Source: Perkinsus olseni (lineage: Eukaryota). Taken from it: a DNA stretch of 64,000 bases. The DNA lies in assembly GCA_013115125.1 (NCBI GenBank), contig JABANN010000074.1, positions 1-64,000 of the forward strand, read 5' to 3'. Shown here piece after piece: positions 28,995-41,845 of this stretch; the stretch's first letter is position 1, and every line of letters starts with the position of its first letter. The notes below the pieces were generated by a model. The model ran no database searches. It was not told the origin of the DNA and saw nothing but the letters and a program-made list of their open reading frames with translations. A program made the translations under genes and the position numbers.

Positions 28995-31900
28995 ATGTCG
29001 TCGTCTTCCGGTGGTGGTACGACGGGGATAGCGGGTGGCCTGAAGAGGCTGGCCGAGTTCAACAAAGCTCTATCGGCGCTTCCGTCGAAGGCGTCTGAGG
29101 AGCAAGTTAAGGAGCTATGTGGATTGGCGATGGAGATGCCGGATGAAGCGTAGTGTGGGTTGTTGGGGGGGGGGGGGCAGGGAATTCCTGCCAGGGATAC
29201 TCCGAGGGCTTGCTTTTACCAGTACAACATATGTAAGTTTCATGGCGGTACTCGATTGCCGTGTAGATCATCATCACCACGAATTAGGGTTACGTTGCAT
29301 ACCATCGGGTGTGTCGCAGTCTTGGGATGGCACTTGAATGAATTGACCCGTTCATTGAGCGAACACTGTCTATATACTGCCTCTTCCGTTCGACCCTTCC
29401 ATTATCATCGTGTTAGGTACGATGTTGTCTTGGCGATTTCCAACGACATTAAAAATGTCGGCAACAGAGTAGGGCCTTCACAGCGACAACTATCGCTCTC
29501 CCACCTCCAGTGATTCTCCCTCGGTTTCGTTGCAGGCCGGCGCTGCGCAGCAGCAGCGCATCAAAACGATCATTTCGCTCGTGGACGGTCTGCTGAAGGC
29601 GAAGCCTGGCGGGCGTCAAACAAAAGGCGGCTCGTCGTCGTCAGTGGATAACAGTTACCGAATCTACATATTGAAGAGTATCGACGACATATTTGTAGCG
29701 GCACTGAAGAGAGCTGATCAATCGGTAGGTGTGGTTTGGGTTGTCGTGTACATGCATGGCCATCAGACCCACAATTGGCTGAATCGTGTGTTGGAGATGT
29801 GGAAGGACCAAGGCAATGCGCTGCTGCCTGAGAGGATCCTTAACAGGCTCACGGCCATCCACGCAAATGTCAAACCGCAAGTGAAATCGGTACGTCCCGT
29901 GGGTAGCTGTGGACGCCGCCGCGACGAGTTGGTGGTTGGCAGATTCTCAAGGGCTCGGGTGGAGGCGGCTCGTCGGCTCCCCACCCCTCGGGCAGTCGAT
30001 CGTCGTCAGCAGCGGCAACAACAGCGGCAGGCAAGGGGGAGAAACGTAGTAATGGCCTGTGGCCGCAGGGGAGTATAACCGCCGAATAATTCCACGTCGC
30101 GGCGCGAATAGGATTGCCCCTCGATCGCATCATTCACTTGAATCGTCAGTACTGACGATCTTCCTTCAGCCTTCGCAGCGGAAGTCGCCTTGGCCGAGAG
30201 GGAGTTGGCTTTGATTGGGATGATTCAATCGAAGAGCTTCAAGAACTCCAAAGACAGGAAAGATGTAATGATACTCTCACAACCGGATGCCGCTTGTTGT
30301 CGTCCAACGCGAGGGTAGCCATCAGGGGTAGCCTGGCGGGAGCGTTATGCTGCTGCCGAATGCCGAGGAGGCCTCGCTCTGGCGGACTAGTCTCACCGTC
30401 GATGCGCAATACTCGAGAGAGATGCCTCCCTTCAGGCGATGAGGATCCACGAGATTCGTCAAGCTGCGACATATTTGAAGGAAGGGAAACGAAAGGAGGC
30501 ATCGAAGACGCTTTCCGATGCGAAGAAAAGTGCGACGGGGAGGGAGGCCGACGAGGTGGATGTTGGCATCTTCAGAATACTCCCACATGGTGGAGTCCCT
30601 CAAGGCGAAGCAGGCCGATGCAATCAGGAAGGCGAACGAGGCGCCAGCGGCTGCTGCCTCTGTGTCGTCGTCCAGTGATGATGTTGTGGATACTGCCATG
30701 GAGGAAATGCCAAGCCATAGCAAGAGAGCAAGATTGGCTCGTGAGGAGAGAGAGGTAGGAAAGATGCAGGGGCGTTCATCCCATATCGCTCGTTCAGTCT
30801 TCGAGTTCGCCCGAGCCACCCTCCAAGCGGAAGAGTAAGTCAACGGTACTCGGGTTTTTTGGTTTATGTTTATTTCATCAGAATCAGCAGCCGAGGCCAC
30901 AGGCAGCACCAGTAGCGAGGGTGAACACCATGAGGAAGGACGTGAAGAGGGGAAAGTAAGGACAATCTTGCTATCTTGCTGTTTCTCAACGTTTCCGTCC
31001 CCCTGCAGATACCTTCTGGGGTGCTGGGGTCCCCGCCAAACGATTTGCCGCCGATGGAATTCTCTCTAGAGTGGATTCAACACTTTTTCACGATGGTAGT
31101 GATTGCCGAATCTGTCGCGCGCCACGAAATTAGCAGAACTCATGCCGCTGCAGATGTCATCCAAAATCCCCTATCATCCGTCCCATGATGTTCTGTTACC
31201 GACTAAGGTGAAGACCGTTGAACAAACGCAAGAGCAGGTAAGATTGCAAGAATTCGTCCGATCGCGCCATCCTCCCTCTCAGCGTGTTATCGTGGACGGT
31301 TTATCGCAGCATGAGCTGTTACTAATCCTTCGGTTCATCGAGCGGCTGGAAACCAACATCAGGGTTCAGGTGGGCGGCGCCGGCGGCCGCCATCTGCCGG
31401 TCTGCTTGTGTCGTTATGGGAGATGCAGGTAGCAGAGACGAGGAAGCTGGCTGCAGCTGCTGCGGCAAGTGGGAAGAAGAATCAAGGATTGAGTCAAAAG
31501 GCGTTAGCCCATATTCAAGTACGACTGTTTGCGAGGTGGACATCTTAGTTATGAGAATGAAAAGTTCGGTGGCCCTACGCTAGGGATGCCACAAGCGCTG
31601 AGCTGTGATAGAGTTCTGGGAGAAAATTGAAGATTTCGCGGAAACTTGGAAATTTTGAAAGGGATTTGTGGCGGGTAGCAGATGAGTCGATGTCTTGTCG
31701 TCCTCCCCTCAGGTGCCCCATAAGTTCAGACTTCTGCACTCGATGGGAGATCCCTCCACCTCGGGCCTACTCGACCTTTACTTCAACATGCCGGTGGGTG
31801 GCGGCGACACTCCCCCTGTTGCCATCATCCCCCTTGCCAGGTCCAGTGTGGCACATGCGCCCTTCGCTTCGCCGTACGACAGGACCTCCTCGATCACCAC

Positions 31901-33082
31901 GATGCTCACTACCTGAAGACCACTATGCTGCAGAGGCGGGTCAAACAGGTGGAACAGGAATATCGAGGCTGGAACGAGGCTGGTAGGCCCCGGCACAACC
32001 GCTGCTGCTGCTGCCGATGGCATCCCTCGATTCAGTTAACGATTGGTTTGACAACAAGGGGACGCCGATGCTCGGCAGAGACATCTGTAGGTCACTCCAT
32101 CTCCTCTCCTTCGTTCGGGATGAGTGGTGCCAGGCAAGAGTCTGATAGACTCGGCGACCAAGGCGTCGGCTGATGGCGGGGAGGATACCGCCTCTACGGC
32201 AGCTACCGAGACCAAATCTAGTGAGGGGGTCAAGGAGGCGGAGGAAGGGGAAGAGAACAGCAAAGACGTTACACGGCGAGGATTCATCAGTGATGCGGTC
32301 AGGCTGGAGGAGATGCTGCGGTAAGAGGTTGGGGAATTTCGTGGCGCAGTGACGCTGCCTCCCTTCAAGGCACGCTTCACCTTATGACCCTGTGAAGACC
32401 AAGTGCCTTGAATGCGGTGATGAGCTCGAAGAGGAGTGGGCGGACGAGCCTGTGGACATGCCGGTCTTCCGAGGTCGGCAATCACACCGTCCACTTTAAC
32501 CACTATTTGCTCTTCACAGACACGGTAGTCGTTCCGATCGGCTCCTCGGTGCCCGTGCATTTCCTCTGGCCGGGTATGTCTTCTGAGGATGACGTTGAGA
32601 GTAAAGAGAAGAAGGCAGCTGAGGGCGAGCCACAGCCTCTCACCGTGGACGCTGCGATGGCCAGCGCTAGGGGTAGGGACGCAGCAGAGGGGCGAGGCAG
32701 CATCTTGTTTGTCAGATGACTATCGGATGCACAACACGTTGTACTTCCATCGTGATTGTTGGATTGGCAATCCCACACTGAAGGACCGGGAGTATCAGCA
32801 GCGGTAAGGGGATTTGGTCTCGATTATTCTCATGATGGTGTTGTCTTCAGGCTGCTGGTCGTCGAGGCTCAACGGCCGTCACCAAGCTCTGCAGAAGCGG
32901 AAGAGAAGGCCACGATGGAGGTCGATGGGGGCGCTGAAGTGGAAGGAGTGCCCAATACTAGAATTATCGTGGAGGAGGGCGTCGAGGGACCAGAGGGCGT
33001 TGGAGGAGCTACTGAGGAGCAGAAGGCACTCGAAATGCGACGATCTCAACTTGTTGTACACGGCAGGCGTAAGAGATTCTAG
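28995..33082 (+). CDS. Pcf11-like CID/RPR-domain mRNA 3'-end processing protein, multi-exon
   Basis: N-terminal CID-like helices (IISLVDGLLK...VLEMWK); late exons CLECGDELEEEWADE and TLYFHRDCW resembling the Pcf11 C-terminal zinc finger. Confidence 0.55.
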
Positions 33083-33619
33083 CACTACGTTTTGTGAACT
33101 TCCGGAGTTGAGTGTAGTACTTCTACCATGGGTGGTTAAAGAAGGAGTATCTTGCTACGATAGGATCTTGCGGAAGAGGGGAGGAGTGAGCGCGTGCATA
33201 GTGTGCAGCGTCCGAACACTACCCCGGAAGCGCGAACATACTCCGAGTTTCACGGGCACATAAGGACGCAGAGATTGCATGGGCAGTCGGAATTGACCAC
33301 TGAGACTAATTGACAGTGAACAGCTGATCGAATCAGCTCCACTTCGAACTGGGCACGAAAGCACACGTGCTCTCCAATAGAGTACACACACGTCGCTAGG
33401 TCCACAGAGTAATCGGTGATTCCCGGATGGCTTCGAGATTATGAAAGAGAGCTCAGCATCTTTTTATCTCTCTACGCCCGCTTCCTTGTTGACTGCTGCT
33501 TTTTGTGTCGTATCTAGTCTGCTGACAACTCCTTCTTCTAACGTGACCTGTCCGCATCGCCACACCCTCCTCCCTGAGCCTCCCCTGGCAGCTCGGCAAC
33601 CCTCTCATGCCGTATGCAG

Positions 33620-35557
33620 ATCTCAGCGTTGGTACTTAAAGTATGCCTTCAGCGAGCATATCGCTACTGTGGCGGGCCAATTCCGTCGACGATTGATGAA
33701 CTTCAACTAAACTGCTGCTACCGCAGCCGCGGTTGATGTAGATTCTACAGGAAGTCCAGTACAGACCGCTTGCTGTTCTCAGGAGCTGTCATCACTGGCA
33801 CCCGTGAAATCACAAAATTGGCGATCGGGGACAGCATGTGATGCGCCCTCCGATGATTCACTGAAGACATGCTCGTAGCGCCCCCGCAAAAGCAGCAGTA
33901 GCGGTACATAAGTGTTGCAGTTCGGCCTCCTTTGCCCGGTCCTTGTCTCGGAGTATCCGAGCTCGATCCCTGTCCATGTCCTTCTGCATCCTGAGTTCAT
34001 CTTCCATTACCCTTTTCTCAGCTGAGTGACGAGACGTCCCGATAGCAGCATCTTACAGCACCCCCCCCCCCACCTCGATTCTCCACTCGCCTGTAGTGGC
34101 CCTGAGACCTCCCATGCCGATGTGACGATCTGTGATGCCGGGGACGGTGATGGTGGTAGCCTCTGATCGAACAAGCGTACCACTCCACTATGAAGACGTA
34201 GACATGTGTGACGGAGCGGCACCTGTGAAACGCTGTCTGATGGTGGTGATCACTCAGGCCATGAGTAGTGCTCAGTGTTGAGACTGAAAGAGACAACAGA
34301 CGGCGGTTGTACGTTGTCATGACCTCGTGAAGGTGCTACACGAAGTCTGGTCGAAGTCGGTGTGGTCATGCGGGTCCGGCAAGAGGGGAGCGTTGAAGTC
34401 AAAAAGCATAACTACACGACTCACTCTTTGCAGTATCTTGAACAACACGACAGCTAGAGGTGTCAGAAAGCACTTCCCATGAGATCATGGCAGTTCAGCT
34501 TCCTCCTGATCATCAACAACATCCGCTGCGCTAAGAGATCTTCGAGCCCCAAACCTGCAACGTGAAGCTGCACGATGCCTGCCAAGCCATCGAGCGACCT
34601 TTGTGGAAGAATCCTCCGATTCCTCCTGGAGACCCTCCAATGGTGGGCTTTGGTCTGTCGTACAGAGCTAATGGATAGAGGGGACTCACGAATGAACTGC
34701 ACCGGTGCCCGGAGAGATCAGTTGATCGGCACAAACTGAGACACACTCTAGTGGGGTGATGACGTACTGATACTGACCTGTTATGATGAGTGAGAGTGAA
34801 TGTACTGGAGGGCGGGGTGTCCAAACCCGCGCTGAGGGAGTCGACATCTGGCGATGACATGAACTTTGCTGCCCTTACGCAGAGCCGATTGGCATGTGGT
34901 TGTGTTGAGGGGTGGTGGCGATGCACATAGGAATTGAACTACGACAACTGCAGACAGGAGCGATGGGTGATTGACAACTCTTGAGCTCTAGTCTTTCGGA
35001 TGTCATCACCGTTGCTGCATGATCCATCTTGGATGATCGCATGGTTGATGGGCGGCGTGCAAGAATATACTGAGCTAGAGGAAGGCCAAGGATCTCTCGA
35101 GTCTTCCAGTGGCCGCCACCAACGGTCTCAGGAAATTTGAAGCTGCCAGATTCATCACGGAGTCCACTCCGAACCCTGAAGGCCAATCATCATTCTACGC
35201 ACCCTTAGCGATGACTACCATGATGCTTGCTCGAAGCAGCGTGCTTGGTGTGATGACCGTGATGATGGCCGTGGTGATGATGATGCAGATGGTGGGCATG
35301 TTGATGATGATGAGCATGATGGTGGTGATGACTACCACTACCGAAGGCGGATCTGATAATCATGAGCTTTTCACCATGCCACGAGCCCAAGGGTTGACAG
35401 CTCACGTGATGAGCCCATCGGCTGGGAATCCTCCTGCACCTGAGACAGGCCGTCAAGTAAATTTCAAGTGAGGGAGAGACTTACCAATATCGCCGCTGCC
35501 TTCGGAAGGAACGGAGCCAAAGGAGGTCGAGGGGGAATCCAAATGGATGACCGGCAT
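33620..35557 (-). CDS. Multi-exon protein, possibly YL1-C domain (Ies6/Vps72-like); may be two genes
   Basis: AVPDRQFCDFTG resembles YL1-C C-D-x-T-G; repetitive low-complexity segment 35205-35350. Confidence 0.35.
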
Positions 35558-35946
35558 TTTTTGATTGTCTCTTGACGCTACTGACAGTTGTAACGAATTA
35601 ACAAACACGAAGACCCAGGGCTGTGGAAACGAGCGTCGAACGACTCTATTTGAAACTAGTACACAGACAGGTCATCCTCGTTAGCGAGGAGGAAGGAGTG
35701 AATAATCATCAATTTCTCTGTTGTAGTATTGGCAGCAGCAGCAGCAGCAGCAGTCCATGGTGGTTATAATGATGCTTCCATCGCCATTGTCGCTGTGAAT
35801 AGGAAGATCTCAAAGGTACCATTAAGTGATTAACACTGATGATATTGTAATCGTTGTGAGGGCAGTAGCGGCAGCAGCTTATCGTCAAATAGAAGCATCA
35901 CTCCTTATTATCAATGTTATAGCTGCTAAATCGTATTTGCCATCAT

Positions 35947-37502
35947 TTAATGGTACTTGGCGAGGAAGTTCTTCTGGAACTCAGCGAGCTTGCCGATCAT
36001 CTCCTTCATCATGTCATCAGGGGGAAGGATGGTAATCCTGAAATGGTTGGTACCCTCAACCTCCTTGAAACCGTTCCCAGGCACGCAAACGATACCAGTC
36101 TGCTCGACGAGATCCAAGCAGTACATGACATCAGCGCTGGCCAAACCACGGGCCTTAGCGGCCTCAGTGGCCTTCTCGGGGAGATCGATCTTCACGAAGG
36201 CGTACATGGCACCCTGGACGCGCTGGCAGCTCATGCCCTCGATCTTGTTGAACTCCTTGGTGATGCCCTCGGCTCTCCTCTTAAGACCGTCGTAGATGCT
36301 CTGACGCTCCTGCTTGAAGAGGGGATAGCTGGGACCATCCTCAGGAGGAGGAGTGCACATGAGGCCGACGAAGATCTGACCCAAAGTGTTAGAAGAAAGG
36401 CAGGAAGCAGCAACCTTGTTGAACTGAGCGAGAGTGGGCTCATCGAAGCCGACAAGCTCCATGTAGCCACCACGCTGACCGCACTCACCAAGGAGGCCCT
36501 TGGAAGTGGAGTGGAAGCTGACAAGCTGGACCTGGTCGAACTTGCCGGGGTTCTCCTTCTGGAGATCACGAAGGATCCTCTTGAAGGAGAAGAACTTCCT
36601 CTCAGTGTAGATGTTCTCCTGATAGACCTCATCGGCCATGATGAGGAGACCATGGTCCCTGGCGAAAGTGATGATGCCATGGATGTCCTCCTGGCTCAAA
36701 ACGGAACCGCACGGGTTACCGGGGTTGATGACGGCGATGGCCTTGAGGTTGATACCCTGAAAATAAAAACACTCTCGTCATGATCATGACAACGATGCGC
36801 ATGAGCACTAAATTCATCATTGCAGCAACCACAACGACTATGATATCTACTCACCTCGCCAATGGCCCTGTCGTAGGAAGTCTGAAGTTCCTCCTGAGAG
36901 ACGCTCCATCCGTTCTCCTCCTTGAGGTAATAGTAATCGTAGCGACCACCGTTCATGGTAAGGGCGCAAGAGTAGAGAGGGTACTGGGGGCAGGGGAGAA
37001 GGACACCATCAACACCGGGCTTGGCGATGACCATATCGATGACACGCTTGATACCCTCAGAGGCACCAGTCGTGAGGAAGAGCTTCTCGGTATCGCAAGG
37101 ATAACCATCACGCCTCTCGATGTAGGCGGCGACCTGCTTACGGATGCAGGGGAGACCGGGGCTCATAGTGTAACCACCAGTGCCAACACCGTTGCTGCCA
37201 TCCAAGTAGTACTTGGCGGCGGCCTTGACATCCTCGGGGAACTCAGAGGATTCCATAAGGGCAGGGTAGGTGCAGATGGCAGCGACCTGACGGTAGTAGG
37301 TGATGGGCTTCTGGCCGACAACCTGCGGGTTGCCAATATTGCAAGGGATGGTACGATCGAAGGGGACGGTCTTGTCGCCATCGGCAATCCTCTTCCTCAT
37401 CTCAGCGGCCTTGGCAACGACGGCACCGCGGACGGCGTACTCGGCCTTCCGGATGTTCTGGTTCATGCTCTCGACGGTGAGTGCTTGTTGACTGCTGGAC
37501 AT
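35947..37502 (-). CDS. Alanine aminotransferase (PLP-dependent), two exons, intron ~36758-36853
   Basis: AEYAVRG, CNIGNPQ, PQYPLYS, INPGNP, MADEVYQENIY, SFHSTSKGLLGECGQRGGY, HFRITILPP; strong codon bias. Confidence 0.95.
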
Positions 37503-38097
37503 GATGAATGTGCTACTCCTATAAAACTACAATAATAATGGTAATAACGACAATCAGTAGGTAGCATGATGGTTCACGGGAGAGGGCACATAACTACCGA
37601 CGAGCAATCGAAGACGCTAAACAAAGAGGTTCTACACAAAGCCAGCTGAAAATGTCATTCAGAATGGCGGAGCGGTGAAGCTTAGGCGCATAATACAAAC
37701 GATGGTCGTCTAACGACCTCTCGATGTGAAGCAAGGGAACAGTCATCTGGGAGCCGGGTACATTTGCATCTTACATGGTTAAACCGCAGATACACCTAAG
37801 GGTCGTAAGCACGGTTCATCATAAAAGATCATTGTATACCGCACGCGCGACCAACGACGTAGCGCGCGCCATGAAACTCGGCAGCTCCCACGTAATCACG
37901 ATGGGGTATCGCCGGAGAAGTTCTCGGCCGACGTAGATGAAAATGTTGGCAGTTCCTGCTTGTTGCCGTCAGTGGCATCTAGATGGCTATAGGTGTCAGA
38001 ATCAGACTCTGACCACGAGATACCGAATCAGCTTTTGGGGTACTCGCGTGGACCGACTAAATGACAGAGTTTTCAGTTCCTAGTTACCCCCAGTCGA

Positions 38098-38658
38098 ATG
38101 ACTAAGTTTCTGTTTCCTTCGAATTTAGTAGAGGTTGTTGGTGGTAAGGAAGCCTTCGAAGGAGTGGTCAAGCGTTTCTATGAGCTCTCGTTCGAGGACC
38201 CCATCCTAGGCTGTCTCTACGAGGACAAGACTGAGCCACACCACCTCAGATTTGCCGCGTGGTTTCACTCAGCGTGCGGGGTAGATGATTCCTACAGACG
38301 AATGGGTGGCACGCGACACGTTAATCGAATGCATAAGAAATCCCAACACTGCTCGCTACGCGGTGAGGCTTCAAAGGAGGCTGGTTACGTTGGTGACGGC
38401 TTTACGGTGCAGCAGAGGAACCGGTGGCTTCGACTGCAACTGCAGGCATGCGAGGAGTTCAATCTACCCAAGGAGGAGTTCGTCAAACCCTACATCAAAG
38501 GGCTCAGCAAATTCATGGTCGTATATGGCCCGTTCAGCGAGGCGAGGACCGACGAGGTCGATAGCGCCGCGACCAAGTGCCCCGTAGGCCGTGAAGAGGT
38601 TGGTGTATCGTCATCTTTGAGGGGAGTCGAGAGAAGCCTTGGCCGAGCTTCTATATGA
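38098..38658 (+). CDS. Truncated (2/2) hemoglobin-like globin, intronless
   Basis: VGGKEAFEGVVKRFYELSFEDPILGCLY (GG..A...V..FY...DP.L...), later MH proximal His candidate and FTVQQRNRWL. Confidence 0.7.
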   Translation: MTKFLFPSNLVEVVGGKEAFEGVVKRFYELSFEDPILGCLYEDKTEPHHLRFAAWFHSACGVDDSYRRMGGTRHVNRMHKKSQHCSLRGEASKEAGYVGDGFTVQQRNRWLRLQLQACEEFNLPKEEFVKPYIKGLSKFMVVYGPFSEARTDEVDSAATKCPVGREEVGVSSSLRGVERSLGRASI

Positions 38659-38776
38659 GATGGCGGGGAGTATCCATAGTACGGATGCCCATCCGAGATT
38701 TGTTATTGCACGACACTTTTTGTAGTCTTTCAACCCACATTAGGAAGAGTTTCCGATTACCTCATTTTATAATTAG

Positions 38777-39592
38777 ATGAAGTTTCCTTCCATCCTGTTG
38801 AGTTACACTGAGTGCGGGTTAAACATGGAGCTGAGCACGAACCCCCTCGATGGAGTGGTGCCTGCCATCGGCCTTCTCTACTGGTGGTCGAAATGGTGCC
38901 TACTCTTTGGCGGCTACTCCGTGGACATAACCGTAACAACACATCTCAAACCCTTCAACTCTCCACCCTTCCGAACCCTTGTTTGTTTGTGTATTAACCG
39001 AGTCATTCTGACACCTCTAGCTTTTCTGTTGGCTGAGAGTGTGTATGGTTTCACCGGAGGAAAAGGAAACAGATTTCTTTTTTCCCTTTATTCCCTTACA
39101 GGAATCGGGGACAGCTGGAAAACGCACGTAAGTTCTAAACATAATTTATGTATGACTTCAATAATGCTTCAGCTTGTGTGTAGAGTCTGTATTCATCAGT
39201 GCGCTTTCGCAGCGGTCTCAAGTTCAGTCGGCAGAAGATTGGCGCCGTTGCTAAAGGGCCTCTACCAAGCTAGTGTGCATAACGTCATGCTCGCAGAGAT
39301 TGCCTTCTTATTTCGAATTGATTTCTCCGTGGAACGTGACCATCTACCCAATTCGTCGCGTACTCGAGGCAAGATGCTGGCTGCACTGGGCTACGTCGGC
39401 TTCCCGAATCGAACTCAACTAGCGGCAGCTTGTAGCGATTACAATGTAGTCATACGGAACAAAATATTGATGAGAATGAGGGATGGTATGCACCATCATA
39501 ATGCTTCAGAATCAGATAACATGAACCAGACCCCGCCGGATGTTGTAGAAGCCCTCGTCGAGACAGAAAAAATGTGCCGAGAGGCAGAGTGA
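38777..39592 (+). CDS. Hypothetical ORF (271 aa)
   Basis: Open frame only; no recognisable motif. Confidence 0.25.
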   Translation: MKFPSILLSYTECGLNMELSTNPLDGVVPAIGLLYWWSKWCLLFGGYSVDITVTTHLKPFNSPPFRTLVCLCINRVILTPLAFLLAESVYGFTGGKGNRFLFSLYSLTGIGDSWKTHVSSKHNLCMTSIMLQLVCRVCIHQCAFAAVSSSVGRRLAPLLKGLYQASVHNVMLAEIAFLFRIDFSVERDHLPNSSRTRGKMLAALGYVGFPNRTQLAAACSDYNVVIRNKILMRMRDGMHHHNASESDNMNQTPPDVVEALVETEKMCREAE

Positions 39593-39777
39593 TAGTCGCA
39601 TACACTGGAACAGAGGAGCTACCGCAAGAAGACCAACTAAACGACCAGCTAGCAAATAGTAATACGGAGTTGCACAGCATGCGGACAGATTATCTGCAGC
39701 ACAGTCACGGAGGCAGCAGAATTACAACATCGGCAACAACTTCACATGAAGCATCAGAAATGTCAAGACTAGCGCTC

Positions 39778-39978
39778 TCAGACTATTGAGGGGCATTCAC
39801 ACCGGCACCCTTGCCAAGTATCCAACACGCATGAGCAGGGATCAACGCAGTCGTCACAGAGAGAGAATGCTGAGCACATACCACCTTTCAACGCACGTCG
39901 ACGCACTTGTAACTTCATAGCAGGCGATAACAGGACCGACAAGAAGATACCAATGAAGAAGAGATAGACCTTAGCCAT
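39778..39978 (-). CDS. Secreted cysteine-rich prepropeptide 1 (66 aa, 8 Cys)
   Basis: MAKVYLFFIGIFLSVLLSPA-MKLQVRRRA-LKGGMCSAFSLCDDCVDPCSCVLDTWQGCRCECPSIV; paralogs at 44826 and 47895. Confidence 0.75.
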   Translation of the reverse strand: MAKVYLFFIGIFLSVLLSPAMKLQVRRRALKGGMCSAFSLCDDCVDPCSCVLDTWQGCRCECPSIV

Positions 39979-40990
39979 ACTCGAAAGCAGCTGAGATGGT
40001 GATATCAAATAGTCGTACTCGGCAAGTGGAAATACGAACACCGTCGCTACTTCCTAGTTCCTCAGTTAGGGTGAATACTGCCCTTCGTGTGTTTCGATGA
40101 GATTGAAGTTCGACGAGGCGTCGCCTCGTCGTGTTAGACGTCCCCACGCTTCGTCCACTCTGCCGAATGAAATAACGTGCCGGACCCTGCGCAGAGCTAG
40201 ATTCTGTTGGCCGTTGTAGGAGTGGTGATTTGTCTGTTTGTCTCATGTAGAGGAATACTCAGTTGTAGCAGAAATATGGTTACCGGTTAACGTGTGGAGG
40301 TATACAGTGTCGCGGGGACAGGACATTCCAGGGCTAGTACGCTAACCACTCTGCAGGTCCTGGGTTTTATGGCGATGAGAATGGAATGATGGTTTCTCGG
40401 ACGGTGGTTGGCCTTTTCTCCGAAATTTGTGAGTGAATGCGACTCGATGGCTTAGGCCATCCCATGCAAATACACAGCAACCGTCATTTGATAGCATGGC
40501 GCCTTTTGATGGTGACACCATCAAAAGGCGCCATGCGAACACCATCATGGTGTTCGCTCCTGTCTCTTCTTACGACAAATGAGGGCTCTGTCGCAATCGT
40601 CGAATTTCAGTCATTTGAGAAGAATCTTCCGATAGACACGATCCTTGAACTGTGAGTGCTTCACTCAACCCAAGCTTAGATACCGAGGCGGTCGAATGAT
40701 TTCTTGGGGAACCATGGTGTCGAGACGAACTATTGAGCACCACGGTGGATGATAGTAGCCCGGCTCCGCTGTCTCGTGGATATCTATACTGTGGCCCCTA
40801 ATGGACTGGCTCCCACTCGTGTCTGGCAGCTGCAGTCGTGCTCCTGGAGGACAGAGTATCACGATGCGGAGGAGCGAGTGGCTCTCCATCACAGAGCCGG
40901 CTAAGTCCGTCGAGCATTCCGCGTGCGACAAAAATGATCAACTGGTTCGCTCTTACGCGACTTCGCGTCGCTCAAAAAGGACCCCATCGA
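39979..40990 (-). repeat. Copy A of a diverged repeated unit upstream of the peptide gene (5' region plus decayed coding block)
   Basis: Shares blocks such as gtatacagtgtcgcg..ggacatt.cagggctagtacgcta and gcttagat..ccgaggcggtcgaatgattt with 45945-47140 and 47896-48970. Confidence 0.75.
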
Positions 40991-41720
40991 CGCTTGGCAT
41001 GTCCTCACAAGCAGGACCCGTCCAAGATTCGCTGCACAAGATGTGCAGCCTTCGGGCACGAGAGGCAGTCCTGCCCCGCCCAGGCCATCACCGGTCCGGT
41101 ACAGAAATGTGCCAATTGCTTGGACCACAACGCATCGCTCACGGGCACGGGTGGCCGCCGCAAGGTCGATCACGAGTGCACTGATAGCGCTTGCGAGAGC
41201 CTGACCGCATTCGCGAAACGGCAATGCCATTGCCGCAATGGGAAAGGACGGACTTCGGGTGTGCTACCTCATTGTAATGGTGAGCGTTTACCAGCACAAC
41301 CAAGGTCATCGGCCGGTGGCACTGGATCTTCTCCACCACCGGCTGCGTAGTACTCTCGTAGATTTTATCTGCCTCCAGGAGCCTAGCTCCTCCACGCGTA
41401 AGCTCACTGGTTTAACCAGTCTGGTTACCAGTACCTCGGCCTACGTCGAGATGAAGGTTTTATCTAAACGTGGTACTATGTGCCACACGGTTTTCGCGTC
41501 CCGCGACCTTGCTGTAGTCAAGGGGCGCAGCTATGGTGTCGCGTCGCTGTACCTCCACGGCTCCGACATGCCAAGGAGGGAGGCGGCGATGACGGAGGTC
41601 GAGGAGGTCATGGAAATTCCATGATGGAATCATGACCCCCTACTATCCCACTCTACATCTGCTCTGGTGCGAATGCGTGGCACGTAGGGTGGGGCTCGGT
41701 CTACACCGCTGTCAACCAGC
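40838..41720 (+). mobile_element. Decayed non-LTR retrotransposon: ORF1 zinc knuckles followed by AP-endonuclease N-terminus
   Basis: CTRCAAFGHERQSC and CANC...HECTDSAC knuckles; VSVYQHNQ...DFICLQEP endonuclease motif; stops and frameshifts downstream. Confidence 0.75.
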
Positions 41721-41845
41721 ATAGACATGCATGGCAGCGCTGGCTCTCTTGTCTGACCACCACTTGCACAGTGACAGACGGCCAGCTTCAATCTGATATC
41801 GCCGAAGAGTCCTCAAACTGATTTCCGTCTCCGCAGATACTTCCC

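Noticed and set aside
35205-35471. His-rich (-) and Met-rich (+) ORFs suggesting a metal-binding protein
   Set aside because: Derived from a degenerate (GAT/GGT)n tract; the true reading frame cannot be established.
35950-37535. Long plus-strand ORFs (277 aa and 251 aa) opposite AlaAT
   Set aside because: Antisense shadows produced by the strong codon bias of the aminotransferase gene.
39778-39978. Calling the Cys-rich peptides metallothioneins
   Set aside because: CxCxC is metallothionein-like, but signal peptides, a basic pro-site and aromatic residues argue for secreted disulfide peptides; metal binding is not excluded.
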